Positions 50,393-60,807 are shown, counted from the first letter of the stretch. The stretch: DNA of 64,000 nucleotides from Alistipes sp. (GCA_045658265.1 JAZOUS010000023.1:2266-66265); one strand, 5' to 3'. Made by a program: numbers and translations. Notes: generated by a model from the sequence alone, not told the origin.

Positions 50393-52186
50393 TTACCTCA
50401 AATTTCCTGCCACTATTTCCGATAAATCTACCACTCGGCTTGTTGTGCCACGAGCTATGGCCTTTTTGCAGAGCGGGCAGGCTGTAACGAGCGTCTTGGC
50501 ACCTGTGGCATCCATCTCCTCGGCAACGGCAGTTGCTATGTGAAGCTGCTGCTTGTCGTTGATGGCGGTGTTGGCCAGCGAAGAGCCGCAACAATAGGCA
50601 TCCTTACGGTTGTGTTTGGTCTCCAAAAGTTGACCGATGGCCTCAATGATGGCGCGTGGTTGCTCATATATGCCGCTTCCACGCCCAAGTTCGCAGGGAT
50701 CGTGGTAGGAGAATGTCTGCTCGGCGGTGTATTTCACACTCAGTCGCCCCTGCTTGATAAGTTGTAGGATATATTCCGAGTGGTGCAGTACCTCTATTCC
50801 TTCCAATTTGTACTCCTCGCGGAATACCCTCAGACAGATGGGGCACGATGTGACAAGCATCGTGATGTCGTGCTTTGCGAAGAGCTGCTTGTTGAACTCC
50901 ATCATATTGCGTGCCGAATCGACCTCACCTGTGAGCATCATCGGACGGCCACAGCATACGCCACCCTCCTTGTCGGCCCACCACACCTGCTCGCGTGCCG
51001 CCTCGAATATGCGGCTCATAGCATTGAGTGTGTTTGGCGTGAGCAGCGTCATACAACCTGCAAAATAACCAACACGCCCCTCGCCCTGCGAACTATCCTT
51101 GCCTCGCAGGTAGTTGTATCGTCCCTCGTTGGGGATGTTGCGCATCGAGGTGCGCGAGTTGAGACGCAGGGTGTTGAGATTTATTCCCACAGGGCATATC
51201 TGCTCGCATCGGCCACACATCAGGCAGTTGTGAGCAATCTTCTGCTGCAACATATTGTAGCGGCGGTCACGCAGGAAATAGACCGATTGCACATCGTTGA
51301 TGCCGAGCTGCTGTTGCAACTGGCAGGGGTCGATGCAGATACCGCAACGTGAGCAAGCCTCCACCTCGAAATTGTCATACGACTTCTCCTTATCCTGTGG
51401 GCGCAGCTTGTAGTGACGCAGGAAGATGAGCGGAATCTCGGTGAAGATGTGCATATATCGCGAAAATGGCATCGCCATAAAGAATACTCCCAACGCCAAC
51501 GAGTAGAGCCACCAGATAGGCTCATACACCCAGCCCAGCACTTCGCTTCCAATAGTTGCCGACAAAACCCTGCCAAGTCCGCCAGTGAGGAATCCTCCGC
51601 CACCATAGATGCCTGCGGTGATGTTCTCGGCTATCAATCTTACGGGGAATACAAACCACAAAGCAGTCAGAGCCACCTTGTCGAGCAGAATGTGCTGAGT
51701 TGCTCGTTTCATACCTAATCTGGCTGAGTTGCGACGCTTATACCACGCCATAGCCACTCCCGAAAGCACGAAAAGCAGCAGCAAATCCATTATGAAATCA
51801 AACGCTGCGATGTGTGCCTCAATACCATTGAGCGCTGCAAAATATTTGAAAAAGACGTGTCCCTGCAACGGTACAAACTCCATCCCGAGATATGCTACAG
51901 TCTCAATCCAGCCCACAACGATAAGCAAAAACCAGCCAAAAGCCAGACTCATATGCATATATCCCAATCGTTTGCTTACGCGGAATATTCGGCGGTGAAG
52001 AAGCGACTCGCTAAATATCTCCCAGATGGCCGATATGGTGCGGGGCGAAAGCAATCCCTTGCCGATTAGCTTCATATCGCTTTTGGGCAGCGCCTTTAGC
52101 CACGACAGATATTTTATCACTATCGCGGCAAACATCACCGTCGCACCGACTATGAAAGGTATGCAGAAATTTGCAAAAAAGGTCAT
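50393..52186 (-). CDS. Membrane-anchored Fe-S oxidoreductase (NarI/HdrE-like TM region fused to HdrD-like 4Fe-4S and CCG domains)
   Basis: About six N-terminal TM helices with His; CSRCGICIDPC, CLMCGRCEQICP, CCGRP, YHDPCELGR, CCGS, TACPLC. Confidence 0.85.
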   Translation of the reverse strand: MTFFANFCIPFIVGATVMFAAIVIKYLSWLKALPKSDMKLIGKGLLSPRTISAIWEIFSESLLHRRIFRVSKRLGYMHMSLAFGWFLLIVVGWIETVAYLGMEFVPLQGHVFFKYFAALNGIEAHIAAFDFIMDLLLLFVLSGVAMAWYKRRNSARLGMKRATQHILLDKVALTALWFVFPVRLIAENITAGIYGGGGFLTGGLGRVLSATIGSEVLGWVYEPIWWLYSLALGVFFMAMPFSRYMHIFTEIPLIFLRHYKLRPQDKEKSYDNFEVEACSRCGICIDPCQLQQQLGINDVQSVYFLRDRRYNMLQQKIAHNCLMCGRCEQICPVGINLNTLRLNSRTSMRNIPNEGRYNYLRGKDSSQGEGRVGYFAGCMTLLTPNTLNAMSRIFEAAREQVWWADKEGGVCCGRPMMLTGEVDSARNMMEFNKQLFAKHDITMLVTSCPICLRVFREEYKLEGIEVLHHSEYILQLIKQGRLSVKYTAEQTFSYHDPCELGRGSGIYEQPRAIIEAIGQLLETKHNRKDAYCCGSSLANTAINDKQQLHIATAVAEEMDATGAKTLVTACPLCKKAIARGTTSRVVDLSEIVAGNLR

Positions 52187-52187
52187 A

Positions 52188-52517
52188 TTAGAAATCTCCC
52201 AATTTACGTTTAATAAGCATTATCACACCTCGTGTGTTGATTCCTCGAGGACACACCAGACGGCACTTGCCACACAGCATACATTTGTTCAGCTCGTCGT
52301 ATGCTCCCTGATACTCACCTCGGCGAACAAGCGTGTGTACCTTGCGGAAGTTGTACTCCGTGAGGTTGCCAGCCGTGCAGGTGGCAGTGCAGGAGCCACA
52401 ACCGATGCAGGCTTGTAGTTCGGGCATCTCGGCAATAATCTCCTTGCTCTTTCTGAGGTTGTTGCGGTCGAGGTCGATTACTCGCGGGCGACTTATCGAA
52501 AATCCAAAATTTATCAT
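52188..52517 (-). CDS. Small 4Fe-4S dicluster protein (HdrC-like)
   Basis: CIGCGSCTATC, CMLCGKCRLVCPRG. Confidence 0.85.
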   Translation of the reverse strand: MINFGFSISRPRVIDLDRNNLRKSKEIIAEMPELQACIGCGSCTATCTAGNLTEYNFRKVHTLVRRGEYQGAYDELNKCMLCGKCRLVCPRGINTRGVIMLIKRKLGDF

Positions 52518-52544
52518 CTCTTTGGGCTTTGGGGTTATGAGGGG

Positions 52545-53552
52545 TTACTTCTTGAGCCACTCGGCTATTTTGAGCGCTGCCGACGAACCGTCGTTGAGCG
52601 CCTCGGCCACATTCTTCGGAGCAGTAACAGCTCCCGCATAGAATATGCCCTCCACCTCGCTCTCGGTGTTGCCCAAGAATGAGTCTTTGGGCTGCATAAA
52701 TCCGCTATCTTGACGCTTCAGGCCACACTCGCTCTCCAGTGAGGGGTTAAGGTCGTTGGCCCTCATTCCAACCAGCAGCACCAACATATCCACACCCATC
52801 TTCAGCGGGCGGCCAGTGAGTGTATCCTCAGCCTTGATTTGCAATCGCTTGTCGATGGTGGGGCTCACCTCGGAGATACGACCTCTCACGAAATGTACGT
52901 TATGAGTGAGCTGTGCCTCGCGGTACATCTCCTCGTAGCCAGGGCCAAACATTCTAATATCCATATAGAAGTTGAAGACATCAGCCGATGGGAACATCTG
53001 CTTAAGCTCGATTGCCTGCTTCACGCCCGTAACGCAACACACCTTCGAGCAGTGACGCTGGCACACCTTCTCGTCGCGTGAACCCACACAGTGCAGGATG
53101 GCAATTCGTCGTGGCACTCTGCCATCCACCAATCTCACATCATTCTTGTTGAACATCTCCTCCAGGTCGGCCGAGGTAATCACATTGTCATAGATGCCAT
53201 AACCATACTCCTCCTTGATGCGTGCATCGAAAAGAGTGTAGCCCGTTGCAATCACCGCAGCATCGCACTCAAGCCTCTCGCCAGATGCTAACGTAACCGA
53301 ATTGGAGGCAATCTTTGTGGCCTCGCAACCGCTCTTTACGGTGATGTTGCTGGCGGCTGCAATCTTATGACGCAGAGCGCTCAGCACCTCACTTGCGGGG
53401 GTGAATGTAGGGAAGAGTTTGTACCAACCCTTTATCTTGCCGCCAGTGTCGCCCTCTTTTTCGAGCAGCGTTACGCGCACTCCCAGTCGGGCAAGCTCGC
53501 TTGCGCACTGCATTCCTGCCACTCCTCCACCTATTATGATAACGTGTTTCAT
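52545..53552 (-). CDS. hdrA: Short HdrA-like FAD-dependent oxidoreductase
   Basis: GGGVAG FAD motif, EYGYG, CVGSRD...CSKVCC, FYMDIR; no ferredoxin insert. Confidence 0.85.
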   Translation of the reverse strand: MKHVIIIGGGVAGMQCASELARLGVRVTLLEKEGDTGGKIKGWYKLFPTFTPASEVLSALRHKIAAASNITVKSGCEATKIASNSVTLASGERLECDAAVIATGYTLFDARIKEEYGYGIYDNVITSADLEEMFNKNDVRLVDGRVPRRIAILHCVGSRDEKVCQRHCSKVCCVTGVKQAIELKQMFPSADVFNFYMDIRMFGPGYEEMYREAQLTHNVHFVRGRISEVSPTIDKRLQIKAEDTLTGRPLKMGVDMLVLLVGMRANDLNPSLESECGLKRQDSGFMQPKDSFLGNTESEVEGIFYAGAVTAPKNVAEALNDGSSAALKIAEWLKK

Positions 53553-53554
53553 TC

Positions 53555-54640
53555 CTATCGCTTAATCTTGTAAAGTCTATCTTCTGAACAACTATTCACT
53601 ATGGCTCGCTCTGGACGGCCTATGTATTTGCCGTTGCGTCCTAAATATTTTGCCGATGGATCATACTCCACACCCATCTTGTCGAGCAGCGGCTCCACAT
53701 CCACCTGATGCATCTGCATACCCAACTCCCAGGGGTCGTAACCAAGTACCAAGCCCGCCATCTCCTCATAGGTGAGTACAGGAATACCCGCTCCGCCCTG
53801 TCCATAAGTCACTCCCTCCATCTCGGCCAGAGTGTATTGCCACTTGTCGAGGAACATCGAGCAGCCTGGGCAGTTGCAGACAATAAAGTCGGGCTTGTAG
53901 GGGGCCATACTCTCCAACTTCTTGTGTGAGTTGGCAATCGAATAGCCTCTGTTGGCCTGCACCAAGTAGTTACGGAAACCAAATCCGCAGCAGTGGCGAC
54001 GTTCGGCGTAATCGACCAACTCGCCTCCCCACGACTCGACCATACCAGCCAGCACATAGGGGAACTCCGAGCCTCCGATACCCGATTTTGGGAAGATCTT
54101 GGCATAGTGGCACCCAATATGCTCCACAACCTTCAATGGCTCGCCCGTATAACAATTCACCAACTTGCGTACAGCCTTCTGCGCAATCTCCTCGCGGTGG
54201 TGGAAAATCACATCCGATGTGTGCGCCAGATTCTTCGGCTTGGCAAACTCTCGGCCAGTGGCTTTGTAGAGATTCTCGCGAGTCTTCTCCTCTAATTCGG
54301 GGAACTCTTCCCAAGTGGCTAAGAGCTCGGTGTAGATGCCAAACGATGTGATGCACGACGAGGTGAAGTTCTCATATCCTGCCTCGTTCATCAGCGCAAA
54401 TTGGCGAGCCACCACAGTCATAATGGTCTCGAGAGGTACCACGTCGGAGTGGTAACCGATGCCTGTGCAAGATGTGTGCAGAGGATCATCGAATATGTCG
54501 CGGCCGAGCTTGTTCGACAGGATGTCGAGAAATACCTTCTCGCTGCCTGGGAAGAAGTTCTGGCGTATGCACGAACGAGCGTAATAGTAGCGGTCGTCGG
54601 CTATCTCTTTCTGGTAATCTGTCCAGCTTGAGCGTTTCAT
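53555..54640 (-). CDS. hdrB: HdrB-like CCG-domain protein
   Basis: TSCTG, HIGCHY, HCCGFG, CNCPGC, MGMQMHQV-like C-terminal motif (LGMQMHQV). Confidence 0.85.
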   Translation of the reverse strand: MKRSSWTDYQKEIADDRYYYARSCIRQNFFPGSEKVFLDILSNKLGRDIFDDPLHTSCTGIGYHSDVVPLETIMTVVARQFALMNEAGYENFTSSCITSFGIYTELLATWEEFPELEEKTRENLYKATGREFAKPKNLAHTSDVIFHHREEIAQKAVRKLVNCYTGEPLKVVEHIGCHYAKIFPKSGIGGSEFPYVLAGMVESWGGELVDYAERRHCCGFGFRNYLVQANRGYSIANSHKKLESMAPYKPDFIVCNCPGCSMFLDKWQYTLAEMEGVTYGQGGAGIPVLTYEEMAGLVLGYDPWELGMQMHQVDVEPLLDKMGVEYDPSAKYLGRNGKYIGRPERAIVNSCSEDRLYKIKR

Positions 54641-54645
54641 ATCTG

Positions 54646-55341
54646 TTAATAGTGTTCGTTAGAATTTCGGGTGTAAATCTCCATAAAATACTCATCGTCG
54701 GCTCCGTCGAATCCCATCTCGCGAGCCTTCTTGTCGGAGAATCGTTCTATGGTGTCGAACATCTCCTTTCCACCCGTAATTTCAAATATCTTGTTTATCT
54801 CGGCCAGCGTCTCATCTGTCACCTTGCGTAGTGCTCCTGCACCCTCCTTGCCATAGCAGGGGGTGAACTGGCCATAAATCTGTTCGTCGTTGTCGATAAT
54901 CCACTTCCACACAGTACCCTGCTCGGGGTGAAGTTCGGGGCGGATGTTGCGGGGCGTTAGGCAGTAACCTGTCCTTAAAATGTTGTCGCCGATGGCGCGT
55001 TTCAGGGCCAACTGCTGGCGACCTTTCTCGCTCTCGACAAAGAAGCCGAGCTTCTGCGACAGGGTGCGCAGAGCCTGAATAACGTATGCAGGGGTGTTGC
55101 CTCTCGGACAGCGTGGTCGGCACGACATACACTCGCCACAATACCATATTGTCTCGCCCTTAAGAAGCTCCTCGATAGCCTCATCGTCGCGTGTCTGCAC
55201 GATGCTCACTATCTGGCGTGGATCGTAATTATAGAATGCTGCCGCTGGACATACACCCGTACAAACTCCGCAGTTCATACAGGCTGTGAGCCCCTCTTTC
55301 AGGCGCACATCTTCCATCAGCATATCGAAGTATTTGCTCAT
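54646..55341 (-). CDS. hdrC: HdrC-like 4Fe-4S dicluster protein
   Basis: CMNCGVCTGVCP, IWYCGECMSCRPRCPRG; start ATG 55341. Confidence 0.85.
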   Translation of the reverse strand: MSKYFDMLMEDVRLKEGLTACMNCGVCTGVCPAAAFYNYDPRQIVSIVQTRDDEAIEELLKGETIWYCGECMSCRPRCPRGNTPAYVIQALRTLSQKLGFFVESEKGRQQLALKRAIGDNILRTGYCLTPRNIRPELHPEQGTVWKWIIDNDEQIYGQFTPCYGKEGAGALRKVTDETLAEINKIFEITGGKEMFDTIERFSDKKAREMGFDGADDEYFMEIYTRNSNEHY

Positions 55342-55347
55342 AAAAAA

Positions 55348-55376
55348 AGTAACTTTGCTACGCAAGCAAAGTTACT
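55348..55376. promoter_or_regulatory. Perfect 12-bp inverted repeat overlapping a -7 promoter motif upstream of hdrC
   Basis: agtaactttgct-acgca-agcaaagttact; each arm contains TAACTTTG. Confidence 0.5.
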
Positions 55377-55435
55377 ATATATAAATAATATGGCGGGTGG
55401 TATAAATACCTATTTTCCGAGCACCCGTCCTAAGG

Positions 55436-57469
55436 TTATCTTACGGGGAATTCTGCTATACGCAGCGTTGTGCAACCGTAGGGGATAAGCTCAATCTCTA
55501 CTACCTCGCCAACCTCACCCTTAGGTGGCTGCTGTGAGTAGTAGGCAAAGTCGGCGGCCGAGTTGTGTGCCATACCCCAAGTAGGCAGGATGTGTGCCGA
55601 AGCCTTAATCTTGATTGGCGCGCCTTCCAGCGACCAGGGCTTTGTCGAGCAGTCGCTCTTCTCCACAACAAACGCCTCTGTAATCTTGTCGTCCTTCAAA
55701 TCGCCGCCACGCAGAGCCACATTCCAGCGAGTTGGAGATGTTACCTCGTAGTAATACTCGCCATACTTCTCCTTGTCCTCACCCTCGCAGTAGCGCTTCT
55801 CCCAATTCTCCTCCATCTTGAGCGCATATACCAATGGACCACGCTCGATAACGGCTGCGCTGTCGTACCAGCGTGTCTGGCGTACCTGAGCCTTGAGAGT
55901 AAGAATCATCTTGTCGCCATCACTCCAGGTGCGGCTTACGCGGATTGTGCCCTTACGAACATCCTGAGCCTTCACCTCCTCGCCATTGATGGTGAGGGTG
56001 TAGCCGTTGCTCCACTCAGGGATGCGCAAATCGAATGGGAACTCAGCCGTGCGATGCTTGCGCTCGGGCAACGATACAGTAAATGCAATCTGCTCCTCGA
56101 ATGGATAGTTTGTCTGCTCGCTGATTTCAACCTTTGCACCCGATGGGAGTATTGTCGATAGCTTCGATGGGGCATATACCATTGCAGCTATGCCACCCTC
56201 CGAGCTCTTCAACCAGAGGTTCTGTGTCAGCTTTGGCCACGCCTGATGCAGGTTGCAGGTGCAGCAGGGATAACCTGTCAATGTTCCAAAGAGAATATCG
56301 GTATTGTTGTGTGGGGTAGAGAAGTGTCGTGGTTTGCGAGTCACCTCCACCTGATTTATCTGCTGATAGTATTGGCGGGCATCGCCAGCATCGGTAATCT
56401 GTGTTGGCAGGGCGTTGTAGGCCACACGCTCCAAAAGATCGGCATAGGTGTTGTCGCCCGTAATTCTATACATCTCCTCTAATGAGTACATCATCTCCAC
56501 AGCCGTACACAGCTCCGAGCCGCGAGTAGGATTTCCAAAGTGGAGATACTCATCACCAGCCCACAAACCGATTGGAAAGCCAATAGTCTGGCGTATGCGC
56601 TTGAGTGCCTCGATGGGGGCATTCAGGTGCTTGTCATCCTTCGACTGCTGCCAGTTGATTACAGGCTCTTTGAATCCCTGACCGAGATTTACGCAGTGGA
56701 TGCTATTCTGGCGATAGAGGTGGTTGTCGGTAGTGAAACGAGCAGTCCAATCGGCTGATTGTGAGTGGATAATCTCGCCCAACTTCAAGAGCTTTTCATC
56801 GCCTGTGATATTGTATAACCAATGCACAATCAGCAGGTTGTCGCCACCACGTTCCGTAGCCCAGAATGTCCAATTTCCAAGCGGAGTCTTTGGCAAAGTC
56901 TCCAACTGATAGTGGAAATAGCGAGTCATAAAGTCGATAACTCTTTTGTCGCCCGTAGCCATATAGTACTGCTGCAAAATCTTCAGCGCCACCATTCTTG
57001 GCCACCAGTCGGCAGCATTGCCACGCTGCATACCAGCAATGAATGGACGGTCGGTGTCGGGACCGAAGAAACCACTCTCCTTTTGGCTTGCGAGGATTGC
57101 CTCCACCCATTTGAGCGACTTCTGCTTAAGCTCCTCGTTGCCCATAATGTAGGCCATAGGTAGCGCACCGTCAATCCAGTATGGACCACGCTCCCAGGCG
57201 TCGCCCTCGCCACCGAGCCAAGCGTTGTTGTCGCCAACCACCAGCTCATAAATCTTGTCGAGGTTGCCAGTCATACCATCGAGCATTGTCTGCATCTGGT
57301 CGCGCAACCAACCCTCGGGCTGAATCTCGCCAATAGGGAGCTGTGCGTATGGCACCTCCACAAGTGGCGCTCTGTTGAATACCACCTGAGGCTTCTCCTC
57401 CTTCTTTGCGGCCGAGGCCGATACTGCAAACAGAGTAGTCGCAGCGATTAAAAGATGAATAGGTTTCAT
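55436..57469 (-). CDS. GH127-like beta-L-arabinofuranosidase
   Basis: WERGPYWIDG, HCVN, GSELCTAVE, LERVAYNALP, YPCCTCNLHQ, TNYPF. Confidence 0.85.
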   Translation of the reverse strand: MKPIHLLIAATTLFAVSASAAKKEEKPQVVFNRAPLVEVPYAQLPIGEIQPEGWLRDQMQTMLDGMTGNLDKIYELVVGDNNAWLGGEGDAWERGPYWIDGALPMAYIMGNEELKQKSLKWVEAILASQKESGFFGPDTDRPFIAGMQRGNAADWWPRMVALKILQQYYMATGDKRVIDFMTRYFHYQLETLPKTPLGNWTFWATERGGDNLLIVHWLYNITGDEKLLKLGEIIHSQSADWTARFTTDNHLYRQNSIHCVNLGQGFKEPVINWQQSKDDKHLNAPIEALKRIRQTIGFPIGLWAGDEYLHFGNPTRGSELCTAVEMMYSLEEMYRITGDNTYADLLERVAYNALPTQITDAGDARQYYQQINQVEVTRKPRHFSTPHNNTDILFGTLTGYPCCTCNLHQAWPKLTQNLWLKSSEGGIAAMVYAPSKLSTILPSGAKVEISEQTNYPFEEQIAFTVSLPERKHRTAEFPFDLRIPEWSNGYTLTINGEEVKAQDVRKGTIRVSRTWSDGDKMILTLKAQVRQTRWYDSAAVIERGPLVYALKMEENWEKRYCEGEDKEKYGEYYYEVTSPTRWNVALRGGDLKDDKITEAFVVEKSDCSTKPWSLEGAPIKIKASAHILPTWGMAHNSAADFAYYSQQPPKGEVGEVVEIELIPYGCTTLRIAEFPVR

Positions 57470-57508
57470 ATTTTCTGTTTTGGGTTTTCGTTATTGTGAT
57501 ATTGCGTT

Positions 57509-57988
57509 CTACTTTCTGATATATGTCTCAAAAGAGAATGGGTGAGGGTATTTCTCGCCGCACTCAAACGACTCCTTATTAGAAAGTTGCCACTCGCCGC
57601 TGTTCCACTTTGGGAACGATGTGTCGCCCTGGTAGTCGTGATATACTCTTGTGAGATACATCTTGTCGGCGACCTTTAATGCCAAAGCATATATCTGCGC
57701 ACCGCCAATGATGAAAACTTCCTCCTCAGCAGGAAAGAGTGCAACGGCCTGCTCTAATGAGCCCACCACAGTACAGCCCTCAATCTCGCGTTGAGTGCGG
57801 CTGATAACTACATTTGTACGATTGGGAAGTGGGCGACCAAGTGATTCGTATGTCTTGCGTCCCATAATTACGGGGTGGCCCGATGTGGTGCGCTTAAAGA
57901 AACGCATATCCTCCGAAATGTGCCACAGCAGAGCGTTCTTATCGCCGATAACGCCATTCTGGGCCACAGCAGCTATAATGCTTATCAT
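57509..57988 (-). CDS. folA: Dihydrofolate reductase
   Basis: IMGRKTYESLGRPLPNRTN, IIGGAQIY, GDTSFP. Confidence 0.95.
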   Translation of the reverse strand: MISIIAAVAQNGVIGDKNALLWHISEDMRFFKRTTSGHPVIMGRKTYESLGRPLPNRTNVVISRTQREIEGCTVVGSLEQAVALFPAEEEVFIIGGAQIYALALKVADKMYLTRVYHDYQGDTSFPKWNSGEWQLSNKESFECGEKYPHPFSFETYIRK

Positions 57989-58030
57989 AGTTGAATGTAT
58001 TAGCGGTTTGTAATAGGTTGTCGCTATGTG

Positions 58031-58930
58031 TTAGAACGACATAGGAGCCTTGATGACTGGGTGTGGATCGTAACCCTCCAATGTGAAATCCTTGTAACGG
58101 AAGTCGAAGATAGACTTTACATCGGGATTGATGCGCATTGTCGGCAACTTGCGGGGTGTGCGCGAGAGCTGCTCGTCAACCTGCTCCATATGGTTGAGAT
58201 AGAGGTGTGTATCGCCCAATGTGTGGACAAACTCACCAGCCTCAAGACTACACTCCTGCGCAATCATCATCGTAAGCAGAGCATACGATGCAATGTTAAA
58301 CGGCACACCGAGGAAGGTGTCGGCACTGCGCTGATAGAGCTGGCAAGAGAGCTTGCCGTTAGCCACATAGAACTGGAACAAGACGTGGCAGGGTGGCAGA
58401 GCCATATCCTCCACCTCGGCTACATTCCAAGCCGAAACAATCATACGACGTGAGTCGGGATTGTGCTTGATGGTCTCGATTACCTGCTTAATCTGGTCGA
58501 TGGCCTCGCCATTATCCTTTGGCCAGCTACGCCACTGATATCCATAAACGTGATTCAAATCGCCATAGGCATACCCCTCGATTGGCGATGGAGTCTGCTC
58601 ACTTGAGACTGCCAGAAAATCATCCTTCGAGATAGGTTCGATGTTGTTGGCGGCGCACAACTCGCCATAGTAGCGGTATGCGTCGTTATCCCAGATGTGA
58701 ACCCCATTGTCCACCAAATATTTGATGTTGGTATCGCCCGCCAAGAACCACAAAAGCTCGTGGATGATACCCTTCAAGAAGACCTTTTTTGTCGTAAGCA
58801 GTGGGAATCCTTCGGCCAAATCAAAACGCATCTGATGACCAAACACACTGCGTGTTCCTGTGCCTGTGCGGTCGCTCTTTACTATACCTTCTGTCTTAAT
58901 ACGGTTTAATAAATCGAGATACTGTTTCAT
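58031..58930 (-). CDS. thyA: Thymidylate synthase
   Basis: [38 protein letters not shown]. Confidence 0.96.
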   Translation of the reverse strand: MKQYLDLLNRIKTEGIVKSDRTGTGTRSVFGHQMRFDLAEGFPLLTTKKVFLKGIIHELLWFLAGDTNIKYLVDNGVHIWDNDAYRYYGELCAANNIEPISKDDFLAVSSEQTPSPIEGYAYGDLNHVYGYQWRSWPKDNGEAIDQIKQVIETIKHNPDSRRMIVSAWNVAEVEDMALPPCHVLFQFYVANGKLSCQLYQRSADTFLGVPFNIASYALLTMMIAQECSLEAGEFVHTLGDTHLYLNHMEQVDEQLSRTPRKLPTMRINPDVKSIFDFRYKDFTLEGYDPHPVIKAPMSF

Positions 58931-59670
58931 AGGTCGAAAGTTTTAAGTGAAAAATTTCCTTCGCAATCGAGCACAGCGTATGTTGGGCTCTGCTGCTCCC
59001 AATCGCTCATAAATAGAACTCTAAGCCCATCGCTGTTGTGGTCGTGGGCATAGTGCATATGTCCAAAAAGGATGTAATCTGTCTCAGGATTCTCGTTCTT
59101 GTAGTCGTGGGCATAGTCGATAAGAAACCTCAGCGACGAAGATGAAATCTGCTCTGCCGAGTGCGACTTGCGTGATTTGCCGCTCCACCATTGGCCGAAT
59201 CTCACAGCCAAATCGGGGTGAACGAGCCACGAAAATAGTTTTCTAAGAATTGTGGAACGGAAGCCAGCATTCATCAGTCGAAGCAGAGGCTTGTCCTTGA
59301 TATTCATATTATCGCCGTGCGCAATGAAAATCTGCTTGCCCGAAAGTGTCATTTTGCGGGGTGAGAATACCACCTCCACACCACACTCGCGCTGCAGATA
59401 ATCCTTACACCACATATCGTGGTTGCCGATAAAGAAGTAGATTTTAATGCCCCTGTCGGTCAGCTCCGAGAGCTTGCCCAATGTGCGTGTAAAACCTCGT
59501 GGTACAACCTTGCTATACTCCCACCAGAAGTCGAAGATGTCACCAACCAGAAAAATCGCTTCGGCATCGCGGCTCACCATATCGAGCCATTTTACGAAAC
59601 GTCGCTCCGTGCAACGAGACTTATGCTCGTCGCCGGCACCGAGGTGAACGTCCGAGGCGAAGTAATACAT
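58927..59670 (-). CDS. lpxH: UDP-2,3-diacylglucosamine diphosphatase
   Basis: SDVHLG, GDIFDFW, GNHD, AHGD, FGHMH. Confidence 0.88.
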   Translation of the reverse strand: MYYFASDVHLGAGDEHKSRCTERRFVKWLDMVSRDAEAIFLVGDIFDFWWEYSKVVPRGFTRTLGKLSELTDRGIKIYFFIGNHDMWCKDYLQRECGVEVVFSPRKMTLSGKQIFIAHGDNMNIKDKPLLRLMNAGFRSTILRKLFSWLVHPDLAVRFGQWWSGKSRKSHSAEQISSSSLRFLIDYAHDYKNENPETDYILFGHMHYAHDHNSDGLRVLFMSDWEQQSPTYAVLDCEGNFSLKTFDL

Positions 59671-59676
59671 TATCTG

Positions 59677-60807
59677 TTAGATGTGTTTCTTGATTTCTTC
59701 CTCAAGTTTCTCGCCAGCAAGATCTTTGGCAACGATGTTACCCTCGCGGTCGATAAGGAAATTCGATGGCAGACGCTGCACATTGTACTCGCCAAGCGAA
59801 GTAGATGCCTCGCCCTTCATATCGCTCACCGAAATCCAGGGCAACTGCTGCTCCTGAATAGCGTTGATCCAGTCAGACTTAGATGTGTCGATTGCCACCT
59901 GATAAATCTCAAATCCCTGCTCCTTGTAGCGGTTGTAAATCTCCTTCATCTCGGCGTTGATTACATTACCGTTACCGATAGCTACCGACCAGAAGTGTAA
60001 AAGGATAACCTTGCCGCTGAGTGATGAGAGCGCTACCTCCTGACCAAACATATTCGGCATCTTAATCTCAGGGAAATTCACCTCCTTAGCCTGCGAGAGG
60101 AGGCTCGACTGTGCGCTCATACGGGCAATCTGGCTACGCAGGATTGGCAAGTAGTGGCTCTCTGGATATGTCTGCTCAATAGCCTCAGCCACAGTGCGAT
60201 AGTAGATTACGTCGCTGTCGCCGTTAAAGAGGTAAGAATCGTTTGGCAAGCGCTGGTGCAGAGCATACACAGCAGCGATATTCTGCTTGTGGTTCACAAT
60301 GAAGCTCATCTGCTTGCGCTTAATGTCGAGATATGTCTTTGTGTACTCCTCCGAGAGTGCCTTGCGCTCCTCGTCGCTCAGGTTGCCAGCCGCAATCTTC
60401 GAGATGATACTGCGCAGAGTCATCATACCAGAGATATACTCCTGATTAAACTCACGCAAAATCTCCGACTCCTCTGAGCCCTCCACCTTGTAGTTGCGTG
60501 CCACGTTGCCGGCGGCGCTTAGCTCCACATCGTCGCCCTGCTGGAGCAACAAAGGAATACGCTCGTTGTTGTAGATGATGTAATAGAGTGAAGGAGTGGC
60601 GGTTACATTCTCGATAGTGAGTGCGAAATTACCCTCCTCGCCCAACTTAACAGAGTCAATAATGGTCTGCTCCAAAGCTGAGGCGTACTCCAAATATACC
60701 ATATCGGCATCCGAGCCCACGAAGCGGCCCGACAAAGAAACTTTGGGTGACTGGCACGATGAGAGTGCCACAATTAGTGCAAATGCTGTGAAGATTATTC
60801 TATTCAT
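59677..60807 (-). CDS. TlpA/AhpC-TSA-like thioredoxin-fold lipoprotein lacking CxxC
   Basis: LSSC lipobox; LSSLSGKVILLHFWS, LPWISVSD, PSNFLIDREG. Confidence 0.85.
   Translation of the reverse strand: MNRIIFTAFALIVALSSCQSPKVSLSGRFVGSDADMVYLEYASALEQTIIDSVKLGEEGNFALTIENVTATPSLYYIIYNNERIPLLLQQGDDVELSAAGNVARNYKVEGSEESEILREFNQEYISGMMTLRSIISKIAAGNLSDEERKALSEEYTKTYLDIKRKQMSFIVNHKQNIAAVYALHQRLPNDSYLFNGDSDVIYYRTVAEAIEQTYPESHYLPILRSQIARMSAQSSLLSQAKEVNFPEIKMPNMFGQEVALSSLSGKVILLHFWSVAIGNGNVINAEMKEIYNRYKEQGFEIYQVAIDTSKSDWINAIQEQQLPWISVSDMKGEASTSLGEYNVQRLPSNFLIDREGNIVAKDLAGEKLEEEIKKHI

Noticed and set aside
21761-60000. Long antisense ORFs (21761..22501, 26884..27594, 39994..40701, 46074..46763, 59419..60000 and others)
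   Set aside because: Expected shadows of codon-biased core genes on the opposite strand.
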